From a virus (taxonomy: Duplodnaviria; Caudoviricetes), in IMG/VR virus record IMGVR_UViG_3300005529_000010, positions 827-64,826 of that record: a DNA stretch of 64,000 nt. One strand, 5' to 3'. Position 1 is the first letter of the stretch, and each line of letters begins with the position of its first letter. A program made the position numbers and the translations under genes. The notes beneath the pieces were generated by a model. The model was not told the DNA's origin, did no database searches, and was given only the letters and a program-made list of their open reading frames with translations. Of the stretch, positions 56,540 to 64,000 are shown one piece after another.

Positions 56540-57097
56540 TTAGGCGGCTTGCTGGTCGCTCTCGTCTTGCTGCTTTTTGCCCGAGCCAGGCGGGCGGCCG
56601 CGACGCGGGACAAGCCCCTCCTCCATCTTCTGCCGCTGCTGGCGGTGTGCTTCGGCCCACGCCGAATGTGCCAGCGTGCCGGCGGTGAAGGGGTTGTTGC
56701 TTGCGGGCTCGTTGTTCTTGGCGGCGTTCAAGCCCTGCTGGCCGGCATCCCACGCGGCTTGCTCTTCCTTCGCTCGCTCGGACAGATCCACCGCCTTGTC
56801 CTGATCGTCGAGTAAGGAAAGTTGAGTGCCGATCGGCACCTGGAGCACGCGAGCGTAGTGAATGAAGGTTCGGAACTCTTCCCCAAGCTCGTCCTGGTCG
56901 CGGCGGGCAAACTCGATCACGCGATCGAGCTGCTTGATATCGATGCCCCAACTCTCGATTTTCTTGCCGCAGTTCCGGTAACGCGCTTTCGCCGTTTCCA
57001 GGGCGTCTTTTGCCTCTGCCCGCTCCCGGCGAGCGGTCAGAATCGTTTCAGGCGTAACGTTGGTCCGCGCAGCGTCTGCGGAGGCGCTTTCTGCCAT
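56540..57097 (-). CDS. GapR(DUF2312)-like DNA-binding protein with Rmf-like segment and AT-hook
   Basis: Coiled coil then GID.K.L..VI...R.D; G..G..A..N....NPF..G.....W; RRGRPPG. Confidence 0.55.
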   Translation of the reverse strand: MAESASADAARTNVTPETILTARRERAEAKDALETAKARYRNCGKKIESWGIDIKQLDRVIEFARRDQDELGEEFRTFIHYARVLQVPIGTQLSLLDDQDKAVDLSERAKEEQAAWDAGQQGLNAAKNNEPASNNPFTAGTLAHSAWAEAHRQQRQKMEEGLVPRRGRPPGSGKKQQDESDQQAA

Positions 57098-57216
57098 TTA
57101 TGATCTCCATGGCCATGTTTTGGCGCTCCGCTACGCCAGGTTGAGGTAAGACAGCCCTTCCATTTTTCCGAATACACCCGTATGTTACCCGTCCAGATTG
57201 GCCGCCGAGATTCTGG

Positions 57217-57453
57217 TTACTCGGCAGCCTCGGATTGGGGTGTTTCGGGGTCGGTTGTGGCTTGGGTTTTCAGGTTCTCAAAAAAGTCCATGGCGACCAT
57301 GCGGCCGTGGCTAGCAAATTGCTTAATCAACGGAACGTGCCAGCGAAATGGAACGTTATTCCGCTCACGCCACTTTCGGACCGCCTCGGGATGGACGCCC
57401 AGCTCGCGGGCGCACGTTTCGATCAGTCCCCATGAACTCTCGTGAGATGCCAT
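57217..57453 (-). CDS. cro: Cro-like HTH regulator
   Basis: ARELGVHPEAVRKWRER..VP.RW; divergent from XRE repressor. Confidence 0.7.
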   Translation of the reverse strand: MASHESSWGLIETCARELGVHPEAVRKWRERNNVPFRWHVPLIKQFASHGRMVAMDFFENLKTQATTDPETPQSEAAE

Positions 57454-57465
57454 GGCCGGCACAAT

Positions 57466-57480
57466 CGTACAATCTGTCCG
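57466..57480. promoter_or_regulatory. Operator copy 11 (CGTACAATCTGTCCG)
   Basis: In the cro/cI gap, overlapping minus-strand TTGACC-17-GATTGT. Confidence 0.75.
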
Positions 57481-57534
57481 GTCGGTCAATGGGGCCGCAA
57501 GAGAGCGGGCAAGCACAAGAGGGACGCCATTCAA

Positions 57535-57849
57535 ATGAAAAAGGTCGTTCAGTTTCCGTTGGAGAAACCAATGCCGGATCGGGTTAGTCTCGAAAGACAA
57601 TTCATCGCTCGAACTCGCGAGCTGCGTGAGCGCGCCCAGCTCACCCAGCGCGAGATCGCGAGCCTGCTGGGCTGCAATGAAGAGGCGTACCGAAAGTATG
57701 AAACGCGGTCGCCGCTGCCCGTGGTGCTGGTCGGCAAGTTTGCCGTCGCGGTCAAGGCGGATCTGCATTTCGTGGTGACCGGCTATCATCGGAAAGCGGA
57801 AAAGGCAGAGGTCGTGACGCGATTGCGAACGGCAGCAGCTCGTCGCTGA
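57535..57849 (+). CDS. cI: XRE-family repressor (CI-like, no S24 peptidase domain)
   Basis: RTRELRERAQLTQREIASLLG....YRKYETRS; flanked by operators 11 and 12. Confidence 0.75.
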   Translation: MKKVVQFPLEKPMPDRVSLERQFIARTRELRERAQLTQREIASLLGCNEEAYRKYETRSPLPVVLVGKFAVAVKADLHFVVTGYHRKAEKAEVVTRLRTAAARR

Positions 57850-57851
57850 AC

Positions 57852-57893
57852 GCAGCCGGCCCCGAGTCGGGGCGCTGTCAAATTAATTTTTTA
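57852..57893 (+). terminator. Terminator after repressor gene
   Basis: gccccga/tcggggc stem followed by a T-rich tract. Confidence 0.5.
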
Positions 57894-57910
57894 AATTTAG
57901 AAATCCGGGC

Positions 57911-57940
57911 TTGACGTGACCGGACAATCTGTCCGATCTT
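57911..57940 (+). promoter_or_regulatory. Promoter with operator copy 12 (CGGACAATCTGTCCG, 57921-57935)
   Basis: AT-rich upstream element, TTGACG at 57911, ATG at 57947. Confidence 0.8.
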
Positions 57941-57946
57941 GCCCGG

Positions 57947-58159
57947 ATGGAAGCGACTTGTGCCCAGCGGGTCAGCGCTTTTCTGCGCTGCGGGCCCGCA
58001 AGCTTTTCTGAGATAATCAAATATTTAGGCGTCGATGACGAGACGCTACGCTTGTGTCTCGGGATCATGCTGCGAGCCGGCCAAATCGTCCGGGACGAAG
58101 CCGGCGAAATCCTCTACATGCTGCCCGGCGAAGCACGCCGGCGGACGGCCGCCGAATGA
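57947..58159 (+). CDS. Small winged-HTH protein
   Basis: FLRCGPASFSEI...LGV....LR..L..M...GQI. Confidence 0.65.
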   Translation: MEATCAQRVSAFLRCGPASFSEIIKYLGVDDETLRLCLGIMLRAGQIVRDEAGEILYMLPGEARRRTAAE

Positions 58160-58497
58160 GCGACGAACTGATGACGCCGCTCGATCCGATCGCGGGCTCA
58201 CCCGGCTTTTATAAAACCAGAAAAGTTCGGCATGGCGCATTCATCCCGGCGCGGCTCTGGACGGAAGAGACGCGCGACGAAGACGGCCATCTGATCGCCG
58301 ACGTCCGCTATTGCGCCGAGATCGGGCTGGAGCCGGTCGACGCTTACGACCCGCCCGGCTGGCCCTGGGTCCGCATCACCGAGTCAGCCTGGCGCTATCT
58401 GCGCGCCGATCTCGAATATTGCTTGAAGCACGAGCGCGATCGGCCGATCGCCAACCCGCACAAGCCTGCCGGCGCCGCCCCACGCGAGGTGTGGTGA
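58156..58497 (+). CDS. Hypothetical protein
   Basis: PGFYKTR.VR.G.FIPARLW; ATGA-coupled. Confidence 0.7.
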   Translation: MSDELMTPLDPIAGSPGFYKTRKVRHGAFIPARLWTEETRDEDGHLIADVRYCAEIGLEPVDAYDPPGWPWVRITESAWRYLRADLEYCLKHERDRPIANPHKPAGAAPREVW

Positions 58498-59132
58498 TGG
58501 GACAGATGAAGGATGCCGCCGCGCGCGGCGAGGCGCCCAAGGATCGCCCGCCGTCGATCGGCCACAACCAGCCACCGCCCGACGATCCGCTGCGCGCCTA
58601 TCTGGAGGATCTGGCTGAGGGCCTAGCGCCGACGCTGGAGCAGCTCAACAAGCTGGTGTCGACGTACAAGCCCAAATACGACACCGAGCGCCCGACACTG
58701 GCCGACAATGCGCAAGCCTGCAAAGCCGTCGAGATGGCGCTGTTCTTGCGTGATCTGCTGACGACGGTTGAGGCGCAGGTGAAGAGCCACCGCAAGCCGC
58801 TCGACGACATGTCGGATCTCATGAAAACCAACGGCGAGGCATGGACCGAGCCTGGCGCGGCGTTCGAGCAAGAAATGCGCGACCGCCTGTTCGCCTACAT
58901 CAATGAACACGGCGAGGTGCGGACCGAGTACGGCTCGCTGGCCTTCATGCAGAATCCGTGGCGGTTCGAGATCACTGACCCGGACAAGGTGCCGCTGTCG
59001 CTGTGCTCGCCAGACGAAGGGCTGATCAAGGAGATGATCAAGGGCCGCGACCCGAACAGCGATCCGCCCGAGGTGCCGGGCGTCCGATTCTTCCGCAAGC
59101 CGATCCTGGTTTTGAAGGATGGGAAATCGTGA
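58497..59132 (+). CDS. Recombination-module protein (Gp157/Gam-like C-terminus)
   Basis: IGHNQPP; FEITDPDKVP..PDE..IK..VPGV. Confidence 0.6.
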   Translation: MGQMKDAAARGEAPKDRPPSIGHNQPPPDDPLRAYLEDLAEGLAPTLEQLNKLVSTYKPKYDTERPTLADNAQACKAVEMALFLRDLLTTVEAQVKSHRKPLDDMSDLMKTNGEAWTEPGAAFEQEMRDRLFAYINEHGEVRTEYGSLAFMQNPWRFEITDPDKVPLSLCSPDEGLIKEMIKGRDPNSDPPEVPGVRFFRKPILVLKDGKS

Positions 59133-60516
59133 GCGAAAGAGCGCAACCATGAACGACATTATCGTCCGCGATACGGGCGCTTTTCAGCCTTCGAACGGCG
59201 GCCGCATCTTCCGGCCGACCGGCGGGATCATGATCAAGGGACTGACCCCGGCGCTCCCCGAGCGCGGCAAGATCAAGATCGGCATCAAGGGCGAGACGAA
59301 GCGTTCGCAGCGCGGAGTCGAATTCCAGCCGCCGGTGAAGCTCGACCATTTTGTGGTCACGACCTTGGAGCGCGACCGCAGCGGCAATTTCAAAATGGAC
59401 TCCGACGTCCATAACCTTCTGGGCTCGCCGAAGCCGACCAAGATCCCGATCTCGCTGCTGTACGACGACCCGACGCTCAACTTCCCGACCCGCTACGGCT
59501 GCTATCACGGCCGCACGCTCTGGTGCTCGGGCGACGGCGAGGCGGCCATGCGGCTGGTCGACGAGAAATCCGACAAGCCGGATGCACCGCGCCATCAGGT
59601 CGAATGCCCGTGCCCGCGCAAGGAGCCCTATTACAAGGGCCAGGACCGTTGCAAGATGAACGGGGTCCTCTCCTGCCTGATCGATGGCGCCGGCGGCCTG
59701 GGCGGCGTCTGGAAGCTGCGCACGACGTCCTACAATACGATCGTCGGCATCCTCTCTTCGATGGCGTTTTTAAAGAGCATCACGGGCGGACCGCTCGCCG
59801 GCATCCCGTTCGACCTGGTGATCCGCCCCAAGCAGGTGGCCGATCCCGAAGGCCGTGCGCAGGTGGTCTATGTGGTCGGGCTCGAATACGCCGGCAACAT
59901 GACCGAGCTGCGGGAGCGCGGCCGGCTGATCGCCCTCGATCGGGCCACAACCCACCTCTACATCGAGACGATCGAGGACCAGGCCCGGGCGGCGCTCAAC
60001 GCCCATACCCCAACGGTGCCGCTGCCAGGTGATACCACCGACGAAATCGTGGAGGAATTTTATCCCGAGCAAGCTCAAGGGGATAGCGCGCCTGTTTCAC
60101 ATGAAACACCAACGGAGCGGCCGAAGCCGGAGGATTTTGAGCCTGCAAAGCCGGGCGACGGCGTCCCCATTACGGATGCGCCGGAGCCGGCGCCAGAGTC
60201 CGACCCGCCGAATCCGGTCTATGCCTTCGAGCTGGTCATGCCCGACGACGAGCGGTTGCCGTACGAAAATATGGCAGACTTTCGAGAGGCTTACGGCAAG
60301 CACTTGGAAGAGAGCTTCAAGCGGTTCGGCGTGGCCGGCGGCGAGGGATTTTTCGAGACCAATCGGCCGGCCTTTTTGAAATGGGCTGAGAAGGATCGCG
60401 CCGGAGCTGTTGAAATGGAACGGCTTTATATGGCCATGCGCAACACCATGCTGCTGCAGCCGCAGAACGACGCGCCGAATCCGCCCCCACCCAACGGGCA
60501 AAGGGAGATGTGGTGA
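59119..60516 (+). CDS. Recombination-directionality-factor (Gp3)-like protein
   Basis: LPERGKIKIG.KG..P.KLDHFVVT..LWCSGDGE..CPC..CK..GGVWKLRTTSYN; alternative start 59149. Confidence 0.65.
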   Translation: MGNRERKSATMNDIIVRDTGAFQPSNGGRIFRPTGGIMIKGLTPALPERGKIKIGIKGETKRSQRGVEFQPPVKLDHFVVTTLERDRSGNFKMDSDVHNLLGSPKPTKIPISLLYDDPTLNFPTRYGCYHGRTLWCSGDGEAAMRLVDEKSDKPDAPRHQVECPCPRKEPYYKGQDRCKMNGVLSCLIDGAGGLGGVWKLRTTSYNTIVGILSSMAFLKSITGGPLAGIPFDLVIRPKQVADPEGRAQVVYVVGLEYAGNMTELRERGRLIALDRATTHLYIETIEDQARAALNAHTPTVPLPGDTTDEIVEEFYPEQAQGDSAPVSHETPTERPKPEDFEPAKPGDGVPITDAPEPAPESDPPNPVYAFELVMPDDERLPYENMADFREAYGKHLEESFKRFGVAGGEGFFETNRPAFLKWAEKDRAGAVEMERLYMAMRNTMLLQPQNDAPNPPPPNGQREMW

Positions 60517-60926
60517 TGGGAGAGATCGGAATTCTGAATGTCGGCGCCGGCGACACGAAGATCACGTTCGACAAATCCAACCCGGCCGAGACGATCCGAG
60601 CTGGCCGCATCGTCCGCGACATGCTCCGGCGGGGCTACGCGCTGTTGGTCGAGGTCGACGTCAAAGGGGACAAGAAGGCTTTTCGGCGCGCGGAGGATTT
60701 CGACGAGAACACCGGCGAATACATCATCGCCGATTTCGATCCCGTAACGGCTGAGAAAGCGGACCAACAGGAGGCGGCGGCAAATGCGGAAGATGGCGGC
60801 GGCGAAGCGGCGGCGGCAGCAACAGCAGCAGAACCGCCAGCGGAAACGCCTCGCAAGCGCGGATACAAGCGGATCGCCGCGTCCTCAACCCGTGGGGTGG
60901 CCGTCGCACGGACAGCCGGCGGATAA
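60516..60926 (+). CDS. Hypothetical protein ending in AGG
   Basis: GGGAG RBS; C-terminus VAVARTAGG. Confidence 0.7.
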   Translation: MGEIGILNVGAGDTKITFDKSNPAETIRAGRIVRDMLRRGYALLVEVDVKGDKKAFRRAEDFDENTGEYIIADFDPVTAEKADQQEAAANAEDGGGEAAAAATAAEPPAETPRKRGYKRIAASSTRGVAVARTAGG

Positions 60927-61644
60927 GGTCGCTGTTCTCAACCAGCACGACAGCTTTTCGACGCTGCGAAATCGTCTCGGCCAGATCGCCGAGGTTCGGG
61001 AGCAATGGGCGGGGATTCCGATCCCGATCGAGGATGCACGCCTGGTGATCGAGCCGCGTTACGCCGAGCTGGCTGCGCTCAAAACGGTCGAAAGCGCCAT
61101 TCATAAAGAACCTGAGGAAGACGACCATAAAGTCAAGCTACGCAACGTTTTTTACTCCACGAAATGGAAGTGCGACATTTACGTGTGGGAGGAGGATGGC
61201 AAGATCCATCACGGCAAGGTGCCGAAGGTCCACCACCTGTCGTACGACATGATGACGATGGGCTGCAGCGTCGTCTGGGGGATCGAGCAAGAGCATCGGG
61301 CTCTCAAGCTGCTAGGCACGCTGATACCGCACCACGCCTTCAAAAAGTACCTGCTGACGGGGATGTTTCTGGAGACCAGCAAGCGGAGCCGCCTCACCTA
61401 CCTTTTCCGCAAGCTGAAACCGACCGTCGTCATCGATGCGCGCAGCAAGAGTTCAGATGAGAGCGCCCGCATCCTCTGTGCCCTCTGCATGCACCCGATC
61501 GCCTATTACGGCGGCTCGTGGGCGGGCGCCATGTGCCCGACGGACGACGTGATCGCCCACCTGATGCTGATGCGCGCGGACGAGCCGATGCTGTGGCGCC
61601 GCGCCAACCAGCACGCCCCCGACCGGCCGGAGGCGGGCCTATGA
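60784..61644 (+). CDS. Cys/His-rich hypothetical protein
   Basis: LCMHP...Y..SWAGAMCPTDDVIAHLML; start uncertain. Confidence 0.65.
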   Translation: MRKMAAAKRRRQQQQQNRQRKRLASADTSGSPRPQPVGWPSHGQPADKVAVLNQHDSFSTLRNRLGQIAEVREQWAGIPIPIEDARLVIEPRYAELAALKTVESAIHKEPEEDDHKVKLRNVFYSTKWKCDIYVWEEDGKIHHGKVPKVHHLSYDMMTMGCSVVWGIEQEHRALKLLGTLIPHHAFKKYLLTGMFLETSKRSRLTYLFRKLKPTVVIDARSKSSDESARILCALCMHPIAYYGGSWAGAMCPTDDVIAHLMLMRADEPMLWRRANQHAPDRPEAGL

Positions 61645-61844
61645 GCGACCTGCTCGGCGGCGCCGAGCCGCCGATCTCGCTCGACGACATGCGCCGCTGC
61701 GCGCGCCGCGAGCTGGCCTACCGCAACCGCGTGTACCCGCGCTGGGTGTCGGAAGGAAAGATGAAGGCCGGCATGGCCGAGCGCGAGCTGGCCGTGATGG
61801 GCGCGATCGTCGACACCCTGGATAAAATGGAGAAGCTGCCGTGA
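61641..61844 (+). CDS. Conserved-looking small phage protein
   Basis: CARRELAYR.RVYPRWV..GKM...A..E...M.AI. Confidence 0.75.
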   Translation: MSDLLGGAEPPISLDDMRRCARRELAYRNRVYPRWVSEGKMKAGMAERELAVMGAIVDTLDKMEKLP

Positions 61845-62038
61845 TCCTACGCATCCCCGAGCGCGAAACCCCAGAAGGCCGCAAAATCACGGAGTTACTG
61901 ATCGCAGCTCACATCGACGCGGAAGGCGTTTGGCACCAAATGGATTGTCCGAACATCGATTCGTCGCGGCGCCTGAACGCGATCGGCATGCTGCGGCTGG
62001 CACATGTCGCCATTCAGCGGGGAGCGGTCGCGCCATGA
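61841..62038 (+). CDS. Hypothetical protein
   Basis: GTGA-coupled. Confidence 0.5.
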   Translation: MILRIPERETPEGRKITELLIAAHIDAEGVWHQMDCPNIDSSRRLNAIGMLRLAHVAIQRGAVAP

Positions 62039-62268
62039 GCGAGCACGACGACACGAGCCGCGAGCTGCTCGAAACCCGCAAACGCTCGTTCGCGCACTTC
62101 ATGGATCATCCGCTCGTCAGGGTGGCCATCCAATCTGTGTCGCAAGAGCAAGGCGACCGGATACGGGCCCTGCTGGAGACTGCCCACAAGTCAGGGTTTG
62201 TCGACGGCATAGGGGCCTGCCTGAACGCGATCGAGAGGCCCGCAAATGTCCCGCCCAACGCGGCTTGA
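62035..62268 (+). CDS. Hypothetical protein
   Basis: ATGA-coupled; GGGAG RBS. Confidence 0.6.
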   Translation: MSEHDDTSRELLETRKRSFAHFMDHPLVRVAIQSVSQEQGDRIRALLETAHKSGFVDGIGACLNAIERPANVPPNAA

Positions 62269-62884
62269 AGACGTTCGGGCCTATCCGCTGCAATGGCCCG
62301 AGGAGCGGCCCCGGACGCCCCCTCGCCAGCGCAGGCTGTCCGAGTGGAACGTGGGAACGTTCGCCGGCGCCGTGCAGGATCTTCAGGTCGAGCTGCAAAG
62401 GGCTACCATCCACAACTGGATTCTCTCGACCGACGTCCGGCCACATTCCCGGCCGACGGACGCCGAGGACCCCGCGTGCGCCCTCTGGTTCAACCAACAC
62501 GTTCGGGGCCGCTGGGTCCTCTCGGTGCTCGCCTGCGACCGCTATCAAAAGGTCTTCGGCAACGTGAAGGCCATCGCCATGACGGTGCAGCGGCTCCGGC
62601 TGATCGATCAATACGGCTGCTATTCGGTCAGCCAGGCGATCGAGGGCGCCGCCTACCTGGCCCTGCCCGGCCCCGAGACGCCGGCCGCCAGGCCCTGGCG
62701 CGAGGTGCTCAAGGTCGACGGGCTGGAGCCCAGCTCGATCGTCGACATCGATGCTCATTACCGATTCCTGGCCCGCCGGTTTGCCTCTGAGGGAAACCAG
62801 GCGGCCATGGTCGAGCTGAACGTCGCCCGCGACGCGGGCAAGAAGGAACTGAACGCCCATGCCCCAACCCCAACCAACTCTTGA
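62246..62884 (+). CDS. Phage J-domain-associated protein (HPD motif absent)
   Basis: AYPLQWP..RT, ACDRY..V..N.KAI..T, ALPGP..PW.EVL..YR.LA..ELN.A. Confidence 0.7.
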   Translation: MSRPTRLEDVRAYPLQWPEERPRTPPRQRRLSEWNVGTFAGAVQDLQVELQRATIHNWILSTDVRPHSRPTDAEDPACALWFNQHVRGRWVLSVLACDRYQKVFGNVKAIAMTVQRLRLIDQYGCYSVSQAIEGAAYLALPGPETPAARPWREVLKVDGLEPSSIVDIDAHYRFLARRFASEGNQAAMVELNVARDAGKKELNAHAPTPTNS

Positions 62885-63071
62885 TCCGGTCGTCACGATC
62901 CCGGAAGCCTATGAGCTGCTGAAAGCGGCGGGCTACAAGGTCACCCTGCGATCAGTCCGGCGCATGGCCGGCGAGCGCAAATTGCCCTTCAAGCGAGGGC
63001 CCGACAACAAGACGCTCTACTGCAAAATGTCCGAGCTGCGAACGGCGCTCGACAAGGGGTTCGACCCATGA
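62859..63071 (+). CDS. xis: Excisionase-like HTH protein
   Basis: TIPEAYELL....VT.RSVRRM...RKLP; close to attP candidate and int. Confidence 0.6.
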   Translation: MPQPQPTLDPVVTIPEAYELLKAAGYKVTLRSVRRMAGERKLPFKRGPDNKTLYCKMSELRTALDKGFDP

Positions 63072-63397
63072 ACGAAGCGCATGGTCGCTATATCCGGGTC
63101 CTGATCCGGATGGCCGGGACAGCCATGTATCGGTTCGACACGCTGGAGCAATTCGAGGCAGCGCTGGAGGCGATCCGGAAGCAATGGATCAACCCGCAAG
63201 GCACGGCTGAATTCGTCACGGCCGGCGGCGGCACTGTCATGCTACGCCCATTCGAGGTGCTGTCTCTCGACTGGGGCGATATGACCGGCAACCTCGACCC
63301 GCTCGTGGAGATCGGGATCTTGGATCAGGCCCGCGATCGGGAGTACGCCCGGAGGGTCGCGGACGCCGCAAATGAGCCGGTTGGATTCACCACATGA
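63068..63397 (+). CDS. Hypothetical protein
   Basis: ATGA-coupled. Confidence 0.6.
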   Translation: MNEAHGRYIRVLIRMAGTAMYRFDTLEQFEAALEAIRKQWINPQGTAEFVTAGGGTVMLRPFEVLSLDWGDMTGNLDPLVEIGILDQARDREYARRVADAANEPVGFTT

Positions 63398-63630
63398 CGC
63401 ACCACAGGCTTATTCGGGCATGACCGGAAAACCCACGGAAATGTTCGGTCAGGATTTGTGATGCGCGTGTGGTGTTCCGGGTCTGTTTTGAGCCTGAAAC
63501 CCGTAGAAATCCTAGGTTTTTTGGCTCAATAGTTTTGGCGCTGGTGTTGCGCCAGGCGACAATGTCTAAGGCATTGTCTCGACAGTGTCTTTAGCGGCCA
63601 AACGTGCCGCTCACCACATTTTCACCACGA
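63384..63630. other. Candidate attP region
   Basis: Non-coding gap downstream of int; CACCACA/TGTGGTG repeats; GACAATG-7bp-CATTGTC at 63558-63578. Confidence 0.5.
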
Positions 63631-64000
63631 GTTTGCTCGGCGGCTGGCGCCTCGCTGCCCGTAAACCGCCGGTCCATCTCCTCGGCGAACGCCACCGCCT
63701 GGTTGGCCTGTTTCTTCTTGTCGTACAGGTGGCCGTACGTGTTCATCGTGGTTTCAATCTTCTTGTGACCCATCGCGCGCTGGAGCTGCTTCGGGTTGGC
63801 GCCCATGTCGATCAGGTTGCTCGCATAGTTATGCCGGAGGGCGTAGGGCGTGTATTTGGGCAGCCCGGTCGCCGGGTCGATCAGCCCGCACCGCCGCATC
63901 AGCGGCACCCAGCAGTGACCCCGGAAATGGGAATAGAAGAGCGGCCCGCCGTTGTCGGTGCGAAACACCGGCGAGTCGTCGTCGGCCGGCGTGGCTTCCA
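63591..64000 (-). CDS. int: Tyrosine integrase, C-terminal catalytic part (enters from right edge)
   Basis: YALRHNYAS..MGH..IETTMNTYGHL (catalytic R, H, Y); frame open to the window end. Confidence 0.93.
   Translation of the reverse strand, partial: EATPADDDSPVFRTDNGGPLFYSHFRGHCWVPLMRRCGLIDPATGLPKYTPYALRHNYASNLIDMGANPKQLQRAMGHKKIETTMNTYGHLYDKKKQANQAVAFAEEMDRRFTGSEAPAAEQTRGENVVSGTFGR

Larger units (their letters stand above)
1..64000. mobile_element. Near-complete temperate phage genome (podovirus-like), probably circularly permuted within the integrase gene
   Basis: Terminase, portal, capsid, tail/ejection, lysis, cI/cro, replication, xis and int modules; no host housekeeping genes seen. 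Confidence 0.95.

Noticed and set aside
160-57935. Repeated palindrome as a CRISPR array or REP element
   Set aside because: Copies are only 15 bp, widely dispersed, lack regular spacers and there are no cas genes
63408-63430. Thirteenth operator (GCTTATTCGGGCA...)
   Set aside because: Shares only the left flank of copy 1; no TGTCCG half-site

Overview
The window is almost the whole genome of a temperate, GC-rich tailed phage with a P22/podovirus-like layout (no tape measure, three ejection-type genes). The host is probably an alphaproteobacterium (inferred from the GapR-like gene, SleB-type endolysin and promoter style). The tyrosine integrase is split across the window edges (N-terminus at 120..1, C-terminus at 64000..63591, both minus strand), so the source is probably a circle only slightly longer than 64 kb. 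Modules in order: small accessory genes (0.2-2.5 kb); lysis plus cargo including a papain-like protease (2.5-6.5 kb); five fibre/spike-like genes that all begin with Sec-type signal peptides (6.6-15 kb); a counter-oriented membrane-protein moron (15.6-16.1 kb); ejection, tail, capsid, portal and terminase genes (16-35.8 kb); a sugar-modification cluster (36.5-42 kb); many small early genes (42-54 kb); replication, RuvC and a cro/cI switch (54-58 kb); recombination, xis, attP and int (58-64 kb). Most notable: (1) the signal-peptide-bearing, Cys-paired fibre set, suggesting export and periplasmic folding; (2) a 79-aa Tat-signal protein carrying a copy of the capsid N-terminal motif and a terminase Walker-A-like motif; (3) twelve dispersed copies of a 15-bp palindrome CGGACA-N3-TGTCCG, several in promoter spacers. 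All product calls come from recognising motifs by eye; no database searches were run.
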